A stretch of DNA of 64,000 bases from Takakia lepidozioides (Eukaryota; Plantae; Bryophyta). Shown piece after piece: positions 55,376-64,000 of the stretch; the stretch's first letter is position 1; every line of letters begins with the position of its first letter. The stretch is taken from positions 17,050,001-17,114,000 of the forward strand of contig CM060733.1 of assembly GCA_030704615.1 (NCBI GenBank). Direction: 5' to 3'. The notes beneath the pieces are model-generated. The model saw only the letters and a program-made list of their open reading frames with translations. It had not been told where the DNA came from and did not search any database. A program made the position numbers and the translations under genes.

Positions 55376-58300
55376 GTCTCTTTGCTATCAACTCCTCGTT
55401 GTCATCTAAGAGGATTTCCTCACTGTTGAAAAACTCGTTCATGGAGGAGCTCATGCAACCAACACGAGCATCATTCGGCCAATTCTTAACAATGCTCACA
55501 AGCATATCAAGGTTCTGAATACCTAACTTGCAACGTCGCAAGTTTGTAATAACACCTGCAATGATAAAAACCCTCTCACATTCAATTTGAGACCCAACAA
55601 TGCCCAACAGGAGACGTGCCAAATATCCCACATATGGAAATACAGATTCGTGCTATTTCCACCATTTCAAAGGAGCACTACACTCAGTGTCAGTGTCCTT
55701 TTGCCTTCGGAAATGCGCAAGCTGATCTCTCACCACCATCAATGTCATATCCTCACATGGCTCCTCCAAACCAAACAATGACATGTCATCCTGAGTGGAA
55801 TCTGGCTCCGGCTGGGTCGTAGCATCCGGGTGAAGGATCTTGAAACATTTGACCAAAAGAGGCTCCAACACCAAGGTGTCATATTGTCGAACATTGATAT
55901 GTCCCTGTTCTTTGCCCACATATTGTGTCACCAAGGACAATCCCTTGAAACACGATCAAGCATCAGCGCCAACATATTGTGGGCTTTCAATGGTTGAACT
56001 CCTTCCAAAAATGAGAGAAATGGCCCCAATACATGCACCACCTCCTGAGCCATCCGCCATTCTAACAATTGCAACTCTGCATCAAAATCCCCAATGCGAT
56101 AATCCACTGTGCCCAAGCTTCGAACACTCTCTGCTCGCATGTGTACACAAGTTGTAATTGTTGCAGCAAGAGCATCAAACAACAGCCAGTATCCGCCTGA
56201 CTGGTTCATAACACACTTATGAACCACAGGTCCGAGAACCGTGGAAATAGACTTTGCAATTGCCCACGCTTGTGGGCTTGGTATGCGAGATTGCAAAGAC
56301 AGTGAAGCCTGCCTAGAATAAAAAGTAATGATAGCTTGCCGAAATTCCAAAGTTTCTTGAAAGATGATCACTTTGGAAGCAAATCTGATTTTCACTGGAG
56401 TCTTCAGCTTGCGAGGATGAATGCCACTATCAACACATGATGCATTCCATTCTTGCCTTCCATTTCCACTCTTCTTGGTCCAAGTGATGGTCTTCTGCAA
56501 CTCTGATTGAGCATCATTTATAGACACAACCCTCATATTCATGCACACCTTTGCATCAGTCGTGGCATACTAACAACACTTGGACATTGCATGTCCAAAG
56601 CAACTTTCCACAAATGGTGCAGACAGTCCCAATGGGGCACAAGACACGACTACATTCAAAGCTGCAGTCAAAGTACCCAAATTACCTCCCTCATCTTTGA
56701 CATAAGTTATGATGCGCGAATTACCATACTTTGTCAAAAGGTCATTCACTTGTCGTGCCATGGCTGCCCCGGATGTATCAGGTGCCTCAAACATTCCCAA
56801 TGTTACATGGCATGGTTCCCATTGCTCATTAAGAAAGTGCGCTATGATGACAAAAGTATATGTTCCTCCTCTTGACATCCACAAATCAAAACTGACAGTA
56901 CAAGTTACACAACTGGATATCAATGGGGACATGTACAAGTCTTGTGTTTTTGTTGATAGTGATGGGAGCGTCTCATTCACAAGTGTGCATCGAGAGGAGA
57001 AAACTAGACGATCATTTTGTCTCCCCATTACCCTTCGTAGCCATGGAGATTCGACCAAAGACAATGGCAACAACTCTTTTGCAATGAACAGGATCAAATC
57101 CTCGTTGAACCTTTTATGTTGTTCATCATCTTTCTTGTATGGAGTTCGACTGCCAAATAAAGAAGATATGTTCCCTGGGGTAGGGCCAAGCCTCTTCTTT
57201 GCAGGTCTACGAGCATCCGGCCCATCTTTTTCCATTTCAATCCACTTACTAACCAAAGCCCATGTTTCTGATTCACATGCTTGTGAAGAACAGAGTTTCC
57301 ATGGTCTTTGTTGTAAGTTATACATCCTGGCATCTTTTCAAACACATGAGCAGGATGACAAAACACACACCTCATATACTGCGGGTGTATTGCATCTACT
57401 GGACCTGCGTTGGCAACTGCATAAAATGCCCATGATGAAGCAGTGCAATTGTAAGGTTTCCAAAACTCACGTTGCTTGCGTAGGGTGGAAAACTGCTCTT
57501 CCTCAAACATTGAGCTGCTTGAATACTATGATATTGTGGAAGACCCACCGACTGCTGAAGTGAGAGGAATTGATGAAGAAGATGATGCACATAGCGTAGG
57601 GCAAGCTTCCATAGCTCCGCATTGTTCACATTGGTGTCATGAACAACACCTCTCTCCAATTCTTCAAAGATATTGGGCTCCATACGTTGCAAATGGCTGG
57701 ATACACTCCCTAAATCAAATTAATCCCAATCCAACCCAATCCAATCCATTGGCAAGAGTAGACCAGCCAAGAGAGCATGTACATTGACCATTTTCAGATC
57801 TCATAATGCTAACACAAGGCACTGGCTACAGTAGACCAGCCAAGTTACTTGGTTGCATGACTTTGTCATTCAAGGGAAAAAAAATAAAAAATAAAATGGC
57901 TAAAAGGGCCTAGCACAAGTTGTTTGGTTGCATTAATCTGCCATGAAAGGAAAAAAAAAAAACTAAAAAAAAAAAACTAAAGGCCCTAGCACAAGCTTCT
58001 CGGCTGCACAATTTTGCCATGAAAGGACAAAAAAAAAGATGAAGGGCTAACTTCCACGGAGGTTGTGCTGACTGCACTGCTCCCTCCCCCGTACCCGTAC
58101 CCGGCTGCTCCCTCCCCCGCGTTGATGCTCGTGCTGCTGCAACAGCAGGAGGTGAGAGACGGTACAACGTGGGAAAAAAAAACAAAAAAAAAACCCTGCT
58201 GCCTACGCTGCTCTCTCCCCCTCATGCGCTGCTTCGGCCTCCCCTACAGGCTGAGGCGCTGCTCCCTCCCCCGCGCTGATGCTCGCGCTGCTGCAGCACA

Positions 58301-59748
58301 TCCCGTAGGTGAAGGTGCGAGACCACAGAAGCAGGAAAACCAAACCAATAAAAAATAAAAAAATAAAAAAATTGTTGTTATCTCGCCCCGCGCTGCTCCC
58401 TCCCCCACGCGCTGGTGCGCTGATCTGATCCCTCCTCCCGCACTGCTATGCGCTGCTCCCTCCCCCACGTTGATGCTCCCGCTACTGCAGCAGCAGGAGG
58501 TGAGAGACGATACAACGTGGGAAAAAATAGAACAAAATAATAAAACCCTGCTGCCTACGCTGCTACCTCCCCCTCATGCGCTGCTTCGGCCTCCCCCACG
58601 GGCTGAGGCGCCGCTCCCTCCCCCGCGCTGATGCTCGCGCTACTACAGCACATCCCGCAGGTGGAGGTGCGAGACCACAAAAGCAAGAAAACCAAACCAA
58701 AACATAAAAAAATAAAAAAATAATGTTGCTACCTCGCCCCGCACTGCTGCGTTGTTCCCTCCCCCACGCGCTGGCGCTGATCTGATCCCTCCTCCCGCGC
58801 TGCTCCCTCCCCCGCGCTGATGCTCGCGCTGCTGCAGCAACAAGAGGTGAGAGACGATACAACGTGGGAAAAAAAAACAAAAAAAAAACCTTGCTGCCTA
58901 CGCTGCTACCTCCTCCTCCTGCGCTGCTTCGGCCTCTCCCACGGGCTGAGGCGCTGCTCCCTCCCCCGCGCTGATGCTCGCGCTGTTGCAGCACATCTCG
59001 CAGGTGGAGGTGCGAGACCACAAAAGCAGAAAACCAAACCAAATAAATAAATAAATAAAAAATGTTGCTACCTCGCCCCGCGCTGCTCCCTCCACCACGA
59101 GCTGGTGCTGATCTGATCCCTCCTCCCGCGCTGCTATGCGCTACTCCCTCCCCCACGTTGATGCTCGCGCTGCTGCAGCAGCAAGAGGTGAGAGATGATA
59201 CAACGTAGGAAAAAAAAACAAAAACAAAAACCTTGTTGCCTACGCTGCTACCTCCTCTTCCTGCGCTACTTCGGCCTCCCCCACGGGCTGAGGCGCTGCT
59301 CCCTCCCCCGCGCTGTTGCAGCACATCTCGCAGGTGGAGGTGCGAGACCACAAAAGCAGAAAACCAAACCAAAATAAATAAAATAAAAAATGTTGTTACC
59401 TCGCCCCGCGCTGGTGCGCTGCTCCCTCCCCCACGCGCTGGTGCGTTGATCTGATCTCTCCCCCATGCGCTGGTGCGTTGAGCTGATCCCTCCTCCCGCG
59501 CTGCAGCAGATCGTGCGTGGAAAAAAAAAAAAAAAAAAAAACCTAGTGCGGGAACCAGATCCAGAACCGCCACTGACCCCCCCGGTTCCAGTTCCAAGCC
59601 GGTTCCTGGAAAAACCCGCACCCGCCGGTTCCGGTTCTGGAACCGGCTCGTCCCTGCTCCCCCGGTTTCGGTTTCGGTTTCGGTTCCCAGGAACCGGAAC
59701 CGGAACCACCGGTTTCAACCCGCCTAAGCGGGTACCCCCACAACACTG
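55376..59748 (-). mobile_element. Decayed hAT-superfamily DNA transposon (one end visible)
   Basis: Transposase pieces: BED-like finger (WAFY...MRCVFCH...LHKHVNQKH), VSFDLWMS...IAHFLNEQW, CFGHAMS, and the dimerisation domain PLKWWK...LARLLLGIVGSQIECERVF, with several frameshifts and stops. Terminus CAGTGTTGTGGG at 59748 with dense GAACCG/AAACCG subterminal repeats (59545-59720). No matching left TIR or TSD was found. Confidence 0.88.
58075..59510. repeat. ~345-bp GC-rich tandem repeat (~4 copies) inside the hAT 5' region
   Basis: gcagca..gaggtgagagacgatacaacgtgggaaaaaa recurs at ~58140, 58490, 58835 and 59175, with internal gctgctccctccccc subunits. Confidence 0.9.
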
Positions 59749-59814
59749 GTAATTTCGGAACTCAAACCCGTATCATTGATCTTACTAAAGAACCAGAGGA
59801 CGTACTTGCGGTAG

Positions 59815-60050
59815 ATGTCTAGATGCCGGAACAGCACACTGTCCAGACAGCAGACAGCAGAGTACTGCCCAGACCGAGGAACAACAGACTATCCAGATGC
59901 CGGGGCAGCAGACTATCTAGACAGCAGACAGCAGACTGCCCAGACCAAGGAACAGACTGAGCAGACTGGCCGGACACAGAAGGAGACTGAGCAGCAGTCT
60001 GAGCATGGACAGACTGTCGGCCAAGATGTCGCACACACACAGTCTGGCAG
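59815..60050. repeat. Low-complexity cagacagcagac tract
   Basis: Repeated cagacagcagac, tagatgccgg and gcagact units. Confidence 0.6.
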
Positions 60051-62987
60051 AGTACCTCCGCCCACAACACTCCCGGACTTGGGTGTTCAACCAGGGGAGC
60101 AGTCTGCCCATGTGCTTGTTTCCAATGAGGCGGTGAAGGTTGTGCCTGTCCTCATTCGCGTCTGTTCTTTCAAATTTTTGCAGCTTCACTTGTAGTGTGA
60201 AAAGAAGGGGGCATAAATCCCCTTCTATGTAATTCTAACTATACTTCTTCCAGTAAAAAGAACAACCTAGCAATCTACCAGCGGCACACGGTTATGGGTT
60301 TCCCTCCTATCGTTCATGATCAGAGTTCATAAATCCTCATCCACGCCGCAGCGGAAGAGAAAACATGGATGGGGATTGAATCCTTCTTGTTCATGATTTA
60401 CACAATCTTTATACAATTGCAGCACCAATGGTGCTGCTGTGATGTTTTCAGTGATACAACCAGCCCTATGACGGAGCTAAATGCGACCCATGTGGGCATC
60501 ACCCTTGAGCAACACACGTCAAAACCCCTTTTGTAATGAGATCACTGATAAGAGAAAGACAACTCAGATCTGCCATGAATTACAGGCCTAGTGATTCTCT
60601 GCAGATGTCATGGTTTTTCCTCTATCTCCCAGTTGACCATCCCTCATTACCCCTTTTACTGAGCAGCTCTCTCCCTTCCCAAACCTTTTCTCTCTCCTTC
60701 CTGCTGTAAAATTCCTCATTTTCTTCCAACCAGCAGCCTATCTACATGCAATGCAAACACATTCAGCCATGTATCCAGTGAATCCAGCCTTGGAATCAAC
60801 CTTGGTCACACAAGACATGATCAGCTCTTCCATCAGTCTTTCTCTCACCCAAAACAGACCCCTCACACTGTTTGCCTCCAGGGACAACCCAGTTTGTCAG
60901 TGAGTTCCCAACCCTTCTACAAATCTGCATCTAAACACCCCAACAGCTCACTTTTGCCCTTTCAGATTTGAACCACAGAGTTCAAATGCTGAGTCCACTC
61001 TGAACCAGTTCTAAACTCCACATCAGTGTCAGTTTGCAGCCCCATCCACCTCTTCATCTTTCTGATTTCAAAGAGGTTACAGCTAACCCTCACTAGTGCT
61101 CACATCAACTACACTGGATTGCATTACATCTAATCATCAAAATCCCAGAGCCGCATTGTATGCAGATTCATGATACTGAAGCCAAAGGAGCAAAAACAAA
61201 ACAAATAGCAAGCATTCTGTCACTGTGGGTGAACTACATCCGCCCTCACTCAACACTCCTACAGACATGTGCATCAGATCCATTCATCTCCACCCCATCC
61301 TGGTTTGAAGTCCAGAGTCCCCATTCCATTTCTCAAAGTCTTTTTCCTGTCCTCATCACGCTCTCAGTTTGAGAGTCTCTACCAAAATTTCACAACAACG
61401 ATTCCTAAGTGCCAAAATGAAGAAGCCCGGTATCTACGAACTTATCTGTCTTATACTCCAGGTGAAGCGGTGGGTCTGCCTGCCCAAAATGGCACCTCAC
61501 CATCTCCGTCAGCAGCTACCTTAACTCCTCTTGTCGTCTGGATTTGACGATTCCAGCGTTCATTAAGTCATGACGGCCCTGCTTCAGCCTATGGCAACAA
61601 CCCTGTAGCTTGCCAACTAACTACCCTATCTCACTATCTAAGCCAATCTACCCTAAGATCTGATATGATCTTATAACAAGAAGATAGTGATCATCTGAAA
61701 GCTTCATGCATTTGTACATTCCACTCTTTACCTCCTTATTTACAGATAACCTGAGTCACCATCCACAAGCCAATCCCTCATTCGCTTTGGCAGATGCTCA
61801 TTATGTCGAGCTGCTCTTCATCCTAACTCTCCATTGATTGTGCCAGCAACCCCACCTCCCTGTTCTCTGGCAGCTGGCCGTTTCCCTTGCATGCTCATCC
61901 TCCCATGATCATGTTCATCAAGGCAATGGCAGCTCTGGTGGTTGCACAAGATTCGTGACAGCACCGCCTCCCTTCACCTGGCTTGAGGAAAACTCTTCCA
62001 AGCTGTTCCCTGCACGATTATCCTCCAGCAAGCCCTAAGCTACCCATTCACCATAGCAGCGACTGCACCACCTGTTAACTGATTGCTCCATCGCATGCCA
62101 CACCGATCTCCCTGTAAGCATATCCTCCAGAAATTGATCATTACCAAGAAGATGGTGGCACCGCTTCCCCTGCTACACAGATTACCAAGATGTGCCCTTA
62201 TACTCTACATTAACACTTCTCTTAATGCAAGTCAGAATGCCCCAGTGTAGATGCAATCGCCCTTGACACAATGCCCTGCCAATTCCACTGTTCGCAGCAT
62301 CTGCTCAGAGCGCCCGTCATCTTCCCCTTCGTCTTCCTCGTCCCGCGTTTCTAGGGTAATCACCAGTGATGAAAGTCATCCATTTTCACGAACATAAAAA
62401 TGTGCTAGGTTTCATTAACAGAACAAATTCATTGCATCCTTGGCACTGGATCCTTCGTCCTCATTTCAGGGAGTCATCCAGAGAGCATGGATGTAATCCA
62501 TTCATCCTCCGGATGAAAATACGCCTGGTCATGACTTAGCCACTTTCATCCTGACAAAGTATCAGCATAGTGTGCCCATGAAATAACCTGTAGGCAGGGA
62601 TGAATTCCGCCCATAGCATGTATGAAATAAATTGAGCATCTTCATCCTGGCCAATAGTCCCCCATCGTTCCCATGATGTAACCAAGAAACATGTATGGAA
62701 TAAATTGCAGGGACAACTCAACCTATTTTCACATTGGTACCAGGGCCCTTCCTTTGTAGCAATGCAGAATCTCAGTGAGTAAGACAAAAATTTAATGTCA
62801 CTCCCTTGTATTCACACTACACACTGTTTCACTGAATTGACAGTTGTCTGCTGTCCCAACAGGGTGTTGGAGGCAACGAGGTCAATTCTCCCTTCCCCTC
62901 CCAGGGCATTCCACATCCCGGCCATATTGCGAACGTTGGTTACACAACCAAAAGAGGTTTGGTATTGACCACGCCGCCATATGCACG

Positions 62988-64000
62988 TGTCAAGTTATTT
63001 TACCACTAGTGTGAAACTAGCTAGGAAATAGCTAGCTTTTACATATTGACATTTGGGATTGGCCCAAGTGTCAATCCAGGGATCAAGGCAGATTTAGGCC
63101 CTGGAGTGGTTATCTTCACGGCAAGCGCGGGAGGCTCATCTTTCTCGAGTTGAGCCTCACCGCGCCTAGCTATGGCGCCATAGTGTGGATTCCCCATGGC
63201 GTGGGGTGCACTTGGCTTGACTTGTATTTGAGTGATGAGGTTATATATGCATGAGTTTATGCTTCAGATTTGTGAGCTCGTGCTTGTATTCTTCTTCTTT
63301 ATCACTCGAGAAAGATGAGCTCGTATCTGTGAGTGCCAGATACGAGTCAGTTGTAGCACTTGTGGTTTTTGCTTGAGAATGAGATAAACCAGGTTGTTAT
63401 GCAAAGAGCACTGTGGAGCTCTTGGTTGTTAGAAGCGGAGGCGATGTGGGTTACGAGGTGGTAGACCTTGGCATTCGATCTTCAGCTTCAGAGATGAAAG
63501 CACCATACTGCAGGTAATTCCAGAGCACCTTGATGGTTTCAGATTGTGTACATGCATGAGCAAGCACGATTGGGAAGAGGACCAGTCAAGAGCAGGTTAT
63601 AGTGGCTTTGGTGGCAAAGCTCAGAACTGGACTTGGGAATGCGAGCTTTCATTGTGTGAAGGATTGCAAGACCAAACGAAAGGGCTGATTTGACTTGGGG
63701 CAAATCAGTGCACTTTGTGGAGTATGTTGAGAGTGGGTTTCAATCTCGAGCTTCAGCATTGAGAGGGCTCTTGTCATGGCAAGAGCAGGGCTGGAACAGG
63801 AGCTAAGAGGTGCGGCAAGGCCATGGAATGTGCACCTAGGGTTTCAGAGCTTGGAAGAAGAGCTCTTGCACCACAAGAGGAGTGTCTTGTGGCTGGAAAT
63901 GTAAGCCTTAGGGTTTCAGGAGCTTGGCAAAGGCTGTGGAGTGCATAGTCTTGTCTTAGAGAGCATCAAGGAGCCAAGGAGCCAAGATAGGGGGCTGATA
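62988..64000. mobile_element. Possible LTR or other TE-derived non-coding sequence running off the window
   Basis: Starts with TGTCAAG, has no long ORFs, and carries recurrent gagct/ggagc/tagggtttcag motifs. No diagnostic domain. Confidence 0.25.

Noticed and set aside
56709-57563. 284-aa plus-strand ORF
   Set aside because: Antisense shadow of the hAT transposase.
58075-59510. CRISPR-like array
   Set aside because: Whole units repeat with no unique spacers, the context is a eukaryotic TE, and there are no cas genes.
58563-59718. 352-aa and 150-aa ORFs
   Set aside because: Translations of GC-rich tandem and subterminal repeats with poly-F runs. Not credible proteins.
60240-62950. Possible gene or transposase remnant
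   Set aside because: Only short stop-riddled frames with no recognisable motif. Left unannotated.

Overview
Eukaryotic, intron-rich land-plant nuclear DNA. An alpha/beta-hydrolase-NLR, a CEP290-like ciliary fragment and the transposon types suggest a non-seed plant with flagellated sperm (inference). The left 30 kb is a heavily rearranged accessory region. It holds a deleted Ty3/gypsy element with an extra upstream ORF, an ~750-bp inverted repeat pair carrying a tRNA-like Pol III unit, two Argonaute PIWI pseudo-exons, and a frameshifted hydrolase-NB-ARC-LRR gene with a small Helitron upstream. The NLR lies between a decayed and an intact copy of a COX16 + ferredoxin-like/metallo-beta-lactamase gene pair, and a third, older piece of that pair forms the NLR's own 3' flank. 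From 32 to 53 kb is mostly a housekeeping block: VAP27, BDP1-like, BiP, a CEP290-like pseudogene fragment and an F-box/PP2 gene. The right end has a decayed hAT transposon with one TIR and ~345-bp tandem repeats, plus unassigned repeat-like DNA. No prokaryotic features or CRISPR arrays were seen. All family calls rest on motif recognition by eye, with no database search, and exon boundaries and identities are approximate.
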